Below are positions 1-9,950 of a stretch of 64,000 nt of DNA, in pieces. Under the pieces are notes generated by a model, which was not told where the DNA came from, made no database searches, and saw only the letters and a program-made list of their open reading frames with translations. The first letter of the stretch is position 1, and each line of letters begins with the position of its first letter. The position numbers were made by a program, and so were the translations under genes. The DNA lies in contig AP024665.1 of NCBI GenBank assembly GCA_024346625.1, positions 992,001-1,056,000 on the forward strand. Direction: 5' to 3'. The stretch is from Williopsis jadinii. Lineage: Eukaryota.

Positions 1-271
1 CCTCCTGCAGCGCTAGCAGAGCAACGCTTTGCCATCTAAACACAACATTATTCGATATATCAACGTACTGCTGAGCAACTTCACGTACAACACGAGCAAA
101 TGGAAGCTTGGAGATGAGCAAGTCTGTGCTTTTCTGAAAGTTGCGGATCTCTCGAAGCGCTTTAGTCCCCGGTCTGTAACGGCGCCTCTTCTGTTCTTTG
201 GCAATTGGATCACCTGGTTGACCTCTTAGTCCCTTCGGTACACTCTTCAATCCCTTAGGTACGCGGGCCAT
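1..271 (-). CDS. CSE4: Centromeric histone H3 variant (CENP-A/Cse4), 3' end runs off the window
   Basis: Manual translation from ATG 271: [91 protein letters not shown]3 fold with CenH3 diagnostics (LPFAR not LPFQR, RWQS not RFQS, longer loop 1, non-H3 tail). Confidence 0.93.
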   Translation of the reverse strand, partial: MARVPKGLKSVPKGLRGQPGDPIAKEQKRRRYRPGTKALREIRNFQKSTDLLISKLPFARVVREVAQQYVDISNNVVFRWQSVALLALQE

Positions 272-399
272 CGTATAGCTTCCAAGATCAATTCGGCAGT
301 CTCTTCCAACACAATAGAAACCCAATAACAAAGAACGAAGCAAAAGAAGAAGAAAAGACCTCCATGGGATGAAGGAGGAATCAGAAATGGCTGGTTTTG

Positions 400-498
400 A
401 CGCGTAACATAAAAAAACTTACCCAGATCGAAAATTCCCAAAAGGGTAATGAAATTGAATAGTTACCCTGTCCCTGCCGGAATAGGAAGTTTTCGCGT
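400..498. promoter_or_regulatory. CSE4/ARP9 divergent promoter: MCB ACGCGT, Mcm1-like site, SCB-like site
   Basis: ACGCGT 400-405; TTCCCAAAAGGGTAA 435-449; TTTCGCGT 491-498. Confidence 0.5.
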
Positions 499-632
499 TA
501 TTGTGCAAAACTCAACGACCGAGCGTATTCCTCGGGAGAATTTGTATACGCAGGCCAAACATCAACAACAACAAACAACAACAAATAAACAAACAAACAA
601 ATACGCAGCGGTAAATTGTTTGGGAAGGCATT

Positions 633-2004
633 ATGGCTCCATTTAACGAGAATTCTTACTTGGTAAGTGAGACGTTTCATCTTGTGCTGACACGATTTAC
701 TAACGAGCCGCCTGTGCTTTCTGAAACAGATCATTTCCCCTGGTTCCAATACCACATTGGTTCAGTTTGGCCTTGGTGAGTCCTACTCTCCACCAGATAT
801 TGAGGTTCCTACGGTAGTGTACGCACATCCTACGCTGCCAAATGCCTTTGTATCGAAGGGCGATGCCGGTAGTGCAAAGATCCACCCGATTATAAAGGGC
901 GAGATCGTCAACCTGGCGGCTTTTAACTACTTCATCAAGTTGTTGTACAGATCTGCGCTCAAGACCCGACCAGAGGTCGTTAACGTTCCAATGGTTCTTA
1001 TTGCATCCTCACAGTGGTCTAAAATCGACCAAGAACGTATAACACAGTATGTTTTTGAAGAGATTGGGATTTCTGCGTTCACCATTCTCCCTGCTGCTCT
1101 TGGTACTATTTATGCCTATGGCGGGTTGCCAACTGCGTTGGTTATTGACATTGGCGCTGAGAAGACTGAGATCGTTCCAGTAGTGGACTATTCTGTATTG
1201 AACAGTGCAAAGTCTGTGATTCCATTTGGTGGTGATCACATAAATGAGACTTTAAAACACCTGTTACCTAATCTGTCTGCTCAACAGATTGAGTCCCTGA
1301 AGAGAAGTGATATCTACGAAGCATTAAGTGATGAGGATAAGAAGAAGTCATTCTTCGGAATCGATGCATTGGATAAAGATAAAGATGATGAATTTGACGT
1401 TGCTGCTATTGTCACTTCAGGGAGAACCAGGGAGATCTTGGAAGAACGTGAAAAGCAAGATAAGGAGAAAACACCAAACTCCCAATTGGAAAACAACACG
1501 TTCATAGACGAATCAGGTGAAACGATAACTGTTGGGAAAGAGAGATTCAAAGGAACTGAAGATTTAATCCAAAAAATATCACATGGTGTATCCGAATCGT
1601 TGAAGAGAATCTTGGATCTTCATAAACGTCAAGATGCCTGGGATCACATACTAGTCACTGGAAGAACTTCCAGAATTGTTGGTTTCCTCGAAGCATTGAA
1701 TACTCAACTGGTTGATGACCACCTAGTGGGTAAAGATTTACACCAATCATCCGCAGCACAGGCAGCTTTCCAATCGACTGTCAACAGTAATGTTCAAATT
1801 TCACAAGTCCCAAACTCTATAAGACTGGGTAAAATGCCTGAGTACTTCCCTGAGTGGAAGAAGATTGGCTATTCAGATGTTCAATTTCTCGGGGCTGAGA
1901 TCTTTGCCAAACAGATATTTTCAAGTGGTAATGAAAGCATGTACGTGACACAATCTGTATATGCCCAAAATGGTCCAATGGCACTATGGGACTTGGCGAT
2001 TTAA
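633..2004 (+). CDS. ARP9: Actin-related protein Arp9 (RSC/SWI-SNF); exons 633-662 and 730-2004
   Basis: Intron GTAAGT 663, TACTAAC 698-704, CAG 727-729. Splicing gives MAPFNENSYLIISPGSNTTLVQFG, matching the Arp9 N-terminus; actin-fold motif LVIDIG; PEYFPEWK. Confidence 0.93.
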
Positions 2005-2121
2005 CCTGTCCTTTTGATATCAAGGACAATGTCGGTGTGGTTTTTCTTTTTTCTTTTTTCTATGGTCCATTGATGGGAGTTTTATTGGAGAGACGTTGTT
2101 CAAATATGTTGCATTATAAAC

Positions 2122-3060
2122 TTATAAACGCTTTCTGTGCCTGTCAGTTGAATCTTTAATTTCATCTTGAAAGATTAGCCTCATTGTTTCACGTCTTGCA
2201 TCAACCACTGCATCTAGCTTGTTGCCCTTCGGCTTTCTAACACGGTTATTCCCCGTGTCTTGATCATTGTTGTCATCCTCAGAGTTGTCATCCTCAGAGT
2301 CGTCATCCACATGTATTATATCCTCTTCGTCATTGTCGTCCCCGTCCTCGTCGTGTTCATCTTCACTGGAAGAGTGTTTATCGTAAAACTCCTCGAGAAA
2401 CTTGTCACTATCTTCTGTGAAAAACTTCCCAACTCTCTGTTGTAACTCCACGTCTGCGTTTGCCTCCGACACTATGTCTCTCCATGTGAATGCCCTCATG
2501 TTGAATGCGTTCCTCGTCTTATGATCTGTAAATCGCTCCAACGTATCGTCGATCTTTTGCCGTATCGAATCGCTCAGGAACTGCGGAATTGAGAGGTGTT
2601 CGATGTTGGGCTCTCCCCCGTACCGCTCATGCTCGCTCCTGCTTATCCGATCGTAAACCACTCTCTTGAAAGCTCGGTCTAACTCCAACTCCAGGTACTT
2701 GGTGGCCCTCTCCACCTCATCCACAGGTTGTGGTTCCTCGTCGTCCTCGCCTCGCTCTTGGTCTTCCTCACCACAACCATCACTGGCAAACACCATCTCG
2801 CGATACTTCAACACCCTCTCTGTTTCAGGCTCATCCACGTACTCATCCAGCACCTTGGGATCCGGGACCTCGTGCGAGGACACCGGCCACGCTGTCCACT
2901 GATTACGTGGGAACATCCGGTCTTTCTTCCGTAAAAGATGAGCAGAGTACAGGTGCACTGCTAAGTCCTCGTTGTGTTCCCTCTCCAGCGAGCCTATGGT
3001 TCGTCTTATCTGCGCGATCTCGGCAGGCCCGACCTCAAAGCCTTCGTCTTCTGATTTCAT
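2122..3060 (-). CDS. RRN9: RNA polymerase I upstream activating factor subunit Rrn9-like
   Basis: DLAVHLYSAHLL...WTAWP Rrn9-domain signature; acidic tail; synteny with SEC65. Confidence 0.75.
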   Translation of the reverse strand: MKSEDEGFEVGPAEIAQIRRTIGSLEREHNEDLAVHLYSAHLLRKKDRMFPRNQWTAWPVSSHEVPDPKVLDEYVDEPETERVLKYREMVFASDGCGEEDQERGEDDEEPQPVDEVERATKYLELELDRAFKRVVYDRISRSEHERYGGEPNIEHLSIPQFLSDSIRQKIDDTLERFTDHKTRNAFNMRAFTWRDIVSEANADVELQQRVGKFFTEDSDKFLEEFYDKHSSSEDEHDEDGDDNDEEDIIHVDDDSEDDNSEDDNNDQDTGNNRVRKPKGNKLDAVVDARRETMRLIFQDEIKDSTDRHRKRL

Positions 3061-3257
3061 CGTCTCTGCGCTCTTCGTCCTCCACCGCTGCTACGTCCTC
3101 CAGGGCCTCTTCTCCTGTCTCTTGAGCTAAAGCATCAACACGCAATTGGCAATACAAACACTGCCCGCGAAAGTGGAAAAAATTCGGCCGTCGACCCTTT
3201 TCGTCACACTGCTTGAGTGGAAGGGCTTCAACACGCGAACACACACCAAGCAGGAGG

Positions 3258-4055
3258 ATGCCGTTGTTAGAGGAAGTCTCGGATGCTGAGGATATCGATA
3301 ACTTGGACATGGACTTGGCCGAGTTCGATCCCAGCCTCAGCACGCCACTAGCGCCAAAGCTGGAGAAGACCATTGTCCGTTCGCAGGACTTGGAAGAGGA
3401 GGAAGAGGCTAGGAAAAGAGAGCAGTTGTTCCCAACGGACGACGGCTTCGACGACGGCGCGTTCACCGCGGCGGATGCTACGAAGCCGCTGCCTGATGAT
3501 GTCCAGGAGACGCTTAGAACGTTACAGATCCTCTACCCGTGCTACTTTGACAAGAACAGATCGAGACAGGAAGGGCGCCGTGTCTCCAAGGAGCTGGCGG
3601 TGGAGAACCCGCTGGCTCAGACCGTGCAAGAGGCGTGTAATTCATTGCACTTGATCACGATGCACGAGGCTACCAAGACACACCCACAGGATTGGGGTAA
3701 CCCTGGCCGTATCCGCGTGTTGATAAAGGAAGACGGCAAGCCCGCGAGCGTACTCGTTGACAACAAGCGTCACCTCATGAACCAAGTCGCCAAGTACCTG
3801 AAATCTCATGAAACGACGTTAGAAGCCTCCAAGAAGACCGTGCTGGTGCCGGAATTGAGGAAGATAACACCACAGGAGATCCCAGTTCCAAAGGGGCTGA
3901 AGATGAACAAGATTGTTCCACTACACAGTCCATTGCAGTTGAACACGGATCCAATGTTCAAGAGCATCTACGAACCACAGCCTGAAGCATCGCCTGTTCC
4001 ACAGGCTCCAAAGGTGCCAAAGCAAAAGAACAAGTTCATGCATGTTAGAAGATGA
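3258..4055 (+). CDS. SEC65: Signal recognition particle subunit Sec65 (SRP19)
   Basis: ATG 3258 (MPLLEEVSD); LYPCYFDKNRS..EGRRVSKELAVENP and KTHPQDWGNPGRIRV SRP19 motifs. Confidence 0.95.
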   Translation: MPLLEEVSDAEDIDNLDMDLAEFDPSLSTPLAPKLEKTIVRSQDLEEEEEARKREQLFPTDDGFDDGAFTAADATKPLPDDVQETLRTLQILYPCYFDKNRSRQEGRRVSKELAVENPLAQTVQEACNSLHLITMHEATKTHPQDWGNPGRIRVLIKEDGKPASVLVDNKRHLMNQVAKYLKSHETTLEASKKTVLVPELRKITPQEIPVPKGLKMNKIVPLHSPLQLNTDPMFKSIYEPQPEASPVPQAPKVPKQKNKFMHVRR

Positions 4056-4132
4056 TTGGACGCTTTTTTACGACACGGGTTCTCCGGTTCTCTAATTTAA
4101 TAAGCAGTATGTATGTACTTGGAGTAGCGTAG

Positions 4133-4933
4133 TTATCCTTCCTTTGTCTCTTCCAATCCCTTCACAACGGGTTCAGCTTCACGGGTGTTGTTATCCTCAG
4201 AGATCTCCTCAACAAGTGCACCGTTCAACAATCCACATCTAGGACAGATATACCTAACTTTCTCTGGTGATAGACCTGGAGGTGCAAGTCCATTGTGGTT
4301 CAGACATCTAGGACATATCAGTGCAAACCTATGGTCGGCATCAAGCTCGTCCGATCCCGCCACGGAATCTACGATCGAGTCCAGCCAGCCCTTGTTCTCC
4401 CTAATGTTCGGTTGTTGTTCAGTTGACTGCTTCTTGATCTCATCCAGCTTTTGCTGTCTCTCCAGAATCTCATCGTCTAGCTGTGCCCTCAGGTCTATGC
4501 CATCGGCGAATCTCGAGAGCAACGCCTGTGTGCTGGAGAACTTTGTCTTCTCTTTCAACTCCTCGATCTTGGATTCGTGTTCGAATTGGAGCCTCTCAAC
4601 CTCCGCTTGTTTACGGCTGTGACGAATGGAAGAGATCCTTGTCACACTCTTAATGAGGCCGACAATCACAATGGGCACAACGAGTAACCAGACCAGATTT
4701 GTTCTCGAGACGTTATACCAGCGTGGACTGGCATTCCATAAGGCATATGAAATCAACACAATGTATCCACTGATCCCGTAAACCTTGATGAACCTCTTGA
4801 GAGCCCTTTCCTGGTACTTCACCTTGGAAAGGCCTCTCTCGTTCGTTGCAATCTTCCTCGAAATGAGCTCCAGCTGCTTTTCAAAATCGGTGGGGTCAAA
4901 GTCCTTCGACTTCAGGAACGATAGCCATGCCAT
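4133..4933 (-). CDS. LNP1: Lunapark ER three-way-junction protein
   Basis: ATG 4933; two TM segments, coiled coil, C4 zinc finger LICPRCLNHNG...YICPRCG. Confidence 0.9.
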   Translation of the reverse strand: MAWLSFLKSKDFDPTDFEKQLELISRKIATNERGLSKVKYQERALKRFIKVYGISGYIVLISYALWNASPRWYNVSRTNLVWLLVVPIVIVGLIKSVTRISSIRHSRKQAEVERLQFEHESKIEELKEKTKFSSTQALLSRFADGIDLRAQLDDEILERQQKLDEIKKQSTEQQPNIRENKGWLDSIVDSVAGSDELDADHRFALICPRCLNHNGLAPPGLSPEKVRYICPRCGLLNGALVEEISEDNNTREAEPVVKGLEETKEG

Positions 4934-5091
4934 TTCTTGTGTCTCTGTCTCTTTTGATTGGTGTGAAGGCTCCCCTTTGATGCTGTTTCTGAGATCATAT
5001 ATGTATAAAAGTGTTGATAGCAACAGCGAAAAAGTAGTGTTTTGTGATTACGTAATATTAGCTATACAACTGTTATACACGCCAACTCATC

Positions 5092-6234
5092 TCAGTCAAC
5101 ATCGAGATCAATATCTTTCCCAGTGTGCTTAACCGTGTATAAGATTGACTGTAGTGGGCTCATACTGTTGACTGTCTTCCAGGCAAAAGGTTTCATCTTA
5201 GTGAGCTGTAGCAATCTCCTCTCCAATTCGATTGCCTCTTCCTCTTCTTCCTCATCATCACTGTTGTTGTGAACTTCCAATGCAGGTCTTTTGTAGGTGT
5301 AGCTCTTGAAAGTCACAATATTTGACATTATTCTCTTACCAATGAGCCCACTGGTGATTGGCTTATTTCTTGTGTGTGGCTGATACGTTGAAGATGCACT
5401 TCTCAATATCTTTCTCTTTACGAGTTTATCCTTTAAGACGTCATTCTGTCCTGGATGTGGCTTGTTGCGGAGCAATTTGTTGACATAGGTGTAAAGCTGG
5501 CTCTTTTCGTTCTTTAAGGAACGAATCTCAAACTGGAGTTTTTGAATGGTCTTGTCCTTTTCATTTAACTGTGAATTCAATTCAGACGTGAGGGAAGACC
5601 TTGGGACTTCGCGGTGATCTAAGTCCTCCTCTTCCTCGTGATCTTCTTCAACGCCATCCAGGAAATTGAACGATTCATCTGCATCTGAGTTGAAAACTTC
5701 AGACTCTGATGAATCATCCAGCAGCTGATCCCCTCCGTCCTCCGAATCGGAGAATGTCATGTTGACATTTTGAGTAGACAGCTCCAGTTCTTTGTTCTTT
5801 TCAGATAACTCGGCAAGTGCTCTTTCCAACTGCCCATCAAGCGACGAGATAATCTCTTCTTTATACCTCAAGGTCTCCTCAAGCTCCAAGATCTGATGGT
5901 CTGAAGCTCTTAGACGCTGTTTCCATGTCTTTTCAGCCTGCTGCCACTTGATTAGTTCCTGCTCGAAAGTATCTGTTTCGCTTCTGATCTTCTTCGACAA
6001 TTGCTTATTGAACTGGTTAGCATTCTTCAAGCTGGCTTGAAGCTCACACATCTGTTGTTCTTTCAACAAGAGACCATGTTCTAATCTCTCTTGCTCTGCC
6101 TCTGCCTCCCGGGTTAGGGCAATCTGAGCTACCAACAGCTTCTCAAGGCTTTGACCCTTCGGCTTTTGGTGAGCGCATGGTGATTCGTTCTCCTGGTTAC
6201 TCAATCTACGCAGCACTGCCTGTTCACTGGCCAT
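5092..6234 (-). CDS. Uncharacterised 380-aa coiled-coil protein
   Basis: ATG-initiated long ORF, heptad E/K/L/Q-rich segments separated by acidic linkers. Confidence 0.8.
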   Translation of the reverse strand: MASEQAVLRRLSNQENESPCAHQKPKGQSLEKLLVAQIALTREAEAEQERLEHGLLLKEQQMCELQASLKNANQFNKQLSKKIRSETDTFEQELIKWQQAEKTWKQRLRASDHQILELEETLRYKEEIISSLDGQLERALAELSEKNKELELSTQNVNMTFSDSEDGGDQLLDDSSESEVFNSDADESFNFLDGVEEDHEEEEDLDHREVPRSSLTSELNSQLNEKDKTIQKLQFEIRSLKNEKSQLYTYVNKLLRNKPHPGQNDVLKDKLVKRKILRSASSTYQPHTRNKPITSGLIGKRIMSNIVTFKSYTYKRPALEVHNNSDDEEEEEEAIELERRLLQLTKMKPFAWKTVNSMSPLQSILYTVKHTGKDIDLDVD

Positions 6235-7123
6235 CTCTGAATCCTCTTAAGCTTCACAGTACCGAGCCCCCTTGTTGAAGCTCTTGAAGAAGGCACATTG
6301 AAAAGTAAACAAAGGCCTTTCCAGAAGAAGCCGAAGAAAAAACAAACAGAAAAATAACCGAAACCAAAACATACGCGATAGGAAATATTTCCGTTTATGG
6401 TAACCAATCATAGGCAGTTGATTCAGCGCCATTTTATCATCCTTGTGTTGTCTATGGGCCTGTATGGTTGGTTCTTGGTGTGAGCATATGTTCTTGGGCT
6501 CAATTGAGATTAGTTGAATAGGAAAGAGGCCTTGTTAGATACAAACATTGGGCTTTGGTCCTATGTGGTGTGCGGGTTTAATATGACACAAATGAGCTGT
6601 ATTACCAGAGGTAATTATATTACATTATATTATTACATTATATCATAGCGTGCTTTGATTGCAGTTTATAATCTATTATGGGAGAAGACAATGTGTTTCT
6701 ATCATTCCAGCGTATAGATATGTCTTCTGAAACCTGAAGAAGTTAGATGGAATGAAGTTACGAGTAATTATTAGAGTATTTTTCTAAATATCAAATATAC
6801 AAAATATCAACAGCAGGATAACAGATTTTGGATTAATAAAATGGACATATCCTTTTTAGAGACTCACACAGCTCTCAAAATTGATAAATCATGTGATATT
6901 GACGGCCAATTGATCAAATAGACTGAAATTACAATATCGACATCAATTAAGTTAGAATTAGATACACACTGATGAAATCAAACTGCAACAATTAAGCTAA
7001 TATCAACTGACAACGCATACGCACAGCTGTGGTTAGGATGCGACTATCTCGAAAACCACTATGTATAGTCATGTTGAGTTCATATACGATGCCATCTACT
7101 AATTATAGACACATCAGGTGCTT

Positions 7124-8020
7124 CTATTTATCGTTATATAGACCGTAAAGCTTGATTTCAGGACTCACCTTTGGATACCAAACGGTTTGAGCCAACTGCG
7201 ATGGGTCTTTACACTCTTCGACAATACTCCAACGAATACGCTGCGCGTTCAATTCTTCTTCGAAAGCTCTTAATGTCTCCTCATTTCTCACAGTTGCAGC
7301 AACAAGTGCGATTTGGGCTCCATTTCTAAACCCATCGCTTATACACTGTACCAAAGAAGGAATAACGCTTGAATCGTAGGTGACATCAGCAGCGAGGATG
7401 ACGTCTGACGAGGGAACGTCATCCTGACCCCACCAGAGGGAATGGCAATTGATTCTTGGCGAAGGATAGGGTATTTCGTTCAATTTGAAGTTTGTTGGCA
7501 ATGAGTCGATCAGATTGGAATCACCGTCTGTTATCGTCAGCGAGCTTACCTCAGTTCTATCCTTAAGCAATGCCAATGAGACGAGCCCTGTTCCAGTTCC
7601 CAGCTCCAATACACGTTTACCCACCAATTCCTGCAAATACGTTGATAACAGCCAGTTTGACATGAACAACGCTGCTTCCCAAGTACGTAGCCCAGTGGTC
7701 CCGGACCCTGATATCACTCTCGGAGCTTCTCTTATATACACATGTGTCCCGTTGTTGATATTGTACCGTATAAGGTCAAGGTCCGTTGCCAAATGCGGTT
7801 TACACATGACAATTTCACCAAACAACTCATAGTACTCGTCCTGATCCTCCTCGCTCAGTCTCTTAAACAGCGATTGAGACATAAACTGCTTGACATAGTG
7901 TGGATTCGATGCAGAGATCTCCTTTAAAACCGGTAGCAGCTCCAAGGAATCAACCTCATCTGGTACTTGTAATTGACACAATGGAACCCTCTGGTACAGA
8001 TGATCTATTAATGTTTCCAT
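7124..8020 (-). CDS. EFM3: eEF2 lysine methyltransferase (METTL21/FAM86 family)
   Basis: First ATG 8020 (METLIDHLYQR); GTTGLRTWEAA, VLELGTGTG, DVILAADVTYD. Confidence 0.9.
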   Translation of the reverse strand: METLIDHLYQRVPLCQLQVPDEVDSLELLPVLKEISASNPHYVKQFMSQSLFKRLSEEDQDEYYELFGEIVMCKPHLATDLDLIRYNINNGTHVYIREAPRVISGSGTTGLRTWEAALFMSNWLLSTYLQELVGKRVLELGTGTGLVSLALLKDRTEVSSLTITDGDSNLIDSLPTNFKLNEIPYPSPRINCHSLWWGQDDVPSSDVILAADVTYDSSVIPSLVQCISDGFRNGAQIALVAATVRNEETLRAFEEELNAQRIRWSIVEECKDPSQLAQTVWYPKVSPEIKLYGLYNDK

Positions 8021-8263
8021 GAGGCACTGAGGCAATTCCAACGAGAACTTGTGCGCCAGTTTGTCCTCTTCCAATGATGCAGAGAAAGAATAAAAGTACT
8101 CGATGAGTTTTTTCCCACTCAGGCAGCGACGGCTGGACCGTCGGAGATGCCCGGGGATCCGACGGCACGCCGATCAGACTACAAGTTCAAACATCATCAT
8201 CATCAAGAGATTAGTGTGATATTCATATTCAAGTAGAGATGTCAAATAGTAATCGATGTGCGT

Positions 8264-9304
8264 TTATGCCAGTGTTCCAAAGACACGGACCCTCTTCACA
8301 CCACCGTCTGGGATAATCGTTAGACGGACGTGAGTGTAGTCACCTGGGTTGACGAACTCCTTGAAGAAGTGTTGCTTATCAGCTTCTGTCTTTGTAGGCT
8401 CAACCAATGGGATCCAGTTGGAGTTGTCATTGGAAGGAATCTTTTCCTCTGTGCTTAATCCATGCAGTGCAATCTTCTGTGGGAAGTTGCCTCTGAAATG
8501 GGCAGTATCGACAACGATCTCCTTGATGCTTGTCTTTGAGCCGAGCTTAATGATGACCCAGTCAACGTGGCCTGGGGTTCTCGATCTCTTTGTTTCCCAT
8601 CCATCACTCATGTCAACACCACGGCCTGGCAACAGGAGGTTATCCACGGTTCCAAAGTGTTGATCAGACCAACTGACAGCCAATCCACCGTAACCGACGG
8701 AGGCAAAATCGACGAGGCTTTGAGCAGTGATGGTTGACAAGTTTGGCACAACTTCACCGTACAGCCTGAATCTTGCAATACCACCGTCCGGGTACATCTT
8801 AAGTCTTGCGTGTGTATATTCACCCTTTGTCAACGCGGTGTTCTTGAAGAAATGCCTTTGAGAAGGACCGCATTCGATCTTCTCAACCACTTGTTCCCAC
8901 GGAACCTCCGACCAATCCTGGACGTTATCTGTGTCCAACTTCACAGCCTCAACGCTGATAGCTGGAGCATGGTTACCGTTGAAGAAAGCGGTATCAACCT
9001 CACAGCCGATCAACTTGGCACTGGAAACTCCAAACTTGAAGATGACCCAGTCCGCCTCCTCCGTGTTGTGTCTTCTCGTTTCCCACCCATCGTACCAGGC
9101 ACCGGCGAACGTGAACCTTGTAGCATCTCGAATAGGCGCCTTTGGCTTGATCAGGTTCTCAGCCCGCGCAAACCACTCATCGCTAAAACTGATGATGGAC
9201 CCTCCAACCTTCTCTCCGATAACGTCGGTGTACTGCGACACCACCTGCGATGTGAACTCGTCTTCCGTGAGGATTTGTGCTTCTCTAGTCATTCCTGTAG
9301 TCAT
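8264..9304 (-). CDS. DAL2: Allantoicase
   Basis: Two allantoicase repeats: DGWETRRH / DGWETKRSR, DTAFFNGN / DTAHFRGN, PDGG twice. Confidence 0.96.
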   Translation of the reverse strand: MTTGMTREAQILTEDEFTSQVVSQYTDVIGEKVGGSIISFSDEWFARAENLIKPKAPIRDATRFTFAGAWYDGWETRRHNTEEADWVIFKFGVSSAKLIGCEVDTAFFNGNHAPAISVEAVKLDTDNVQDWSEVPWEQVVEKIECGPSQRHFFKNTALTKGEYTHARLKMYPDGGIARFRLYGEVVPNLSTITAQSLVDFASVGYGGLAVSWSDQHFGTVDNLLLPGRGVDMSDGWETKRSRTPGHVDWVIIKLGSKTSIKEIVVDTAHFRGNFPQKIALHGLSTEEKIPSNDNSNWIPLVEPTKTEADKQHFFKEFVNPGDYTHVRLTIIPDGGVKRVRVFGTLA

Positions 9305-9783
9305 GATGAAGGAAAGGGGAAAGGGGAAGCTGCAAAAAACAGAGAAACAGATCTCAAAGGGGAACCAAGTGGTTTATATAACTCTCAACAACTTCCACTG
9401 GCAAAGGCTTCCAAACCACACGCAACGCTGCGATTTGGCCCTCTGTTATCAGTCGGGCATTTCCGAGCGACGTACGCGTGTGGGCGCGCGTTACACAATC
9501 GGACATCGAGTCTTAAAATCCGAAACAGTGGGGGGGGGAGGCTGCTGTGTTTGGCGAAGGGAGCGCAAGGGGGGAAGAGCACACACCAGCACTGTCTGTC
9601 TGTTAAAGTATGGTGTATTGCTCACAATTGGCCCTGTTTACTGTGTATCCGATGCGTTATATGTACAGACCAACAAGTGCTGCGTTGCTTAGTCTATGTG
9701 AATGTGGTTGGGCCACGCCTGTGGCCACAGTCGTGGCTCAACCGGGGTGGCCGAGATCGTGGTCCTTGACAGAACATCCAAAC

Positions 9784-9824
9784 ACCGCGGCCCTTGGCCA
9801 CCGCGACCCTTGGCCACCGCGACC
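9784..9824. repeat. 16-bp tandem repeat, ~2.5 copies (CACCGCGACCCTTGGC)
   Basis: caccgcggcccttggc caccgcgacccttggc caccgcgacc read directly. Confidence 0.75.
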
Positions 9825-9950
9825 AGCGTGTGCTGTCCCTACCGCCGTTAGTCACCGTTTGTGTATTTGCCTGCGCTTTTCCCTCTTCTCCATCATCATC
9901 GAATCCGACTTGGTGCACCAAGCTACACTAACCAGACCGAGACACAAACG

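Noticed and set aside
6440..6640. Possible paired stems resembling an H/ACA RNA
   Set aside because: Stems are short, the ACA is badly spaced and no guide target was found
6600..6900. CDEI-like ATCACATG beside AT-rich DNA (point centromere?)
   Set aside because: No CDEIII CCG element and AT content too low for CDEII
8810..9769. 319-aa and 253-aa + strand ORFs
   Set aside because: Antisense shadows of DAL2 running into GC-rich promoter DNA; no recognisable motifs
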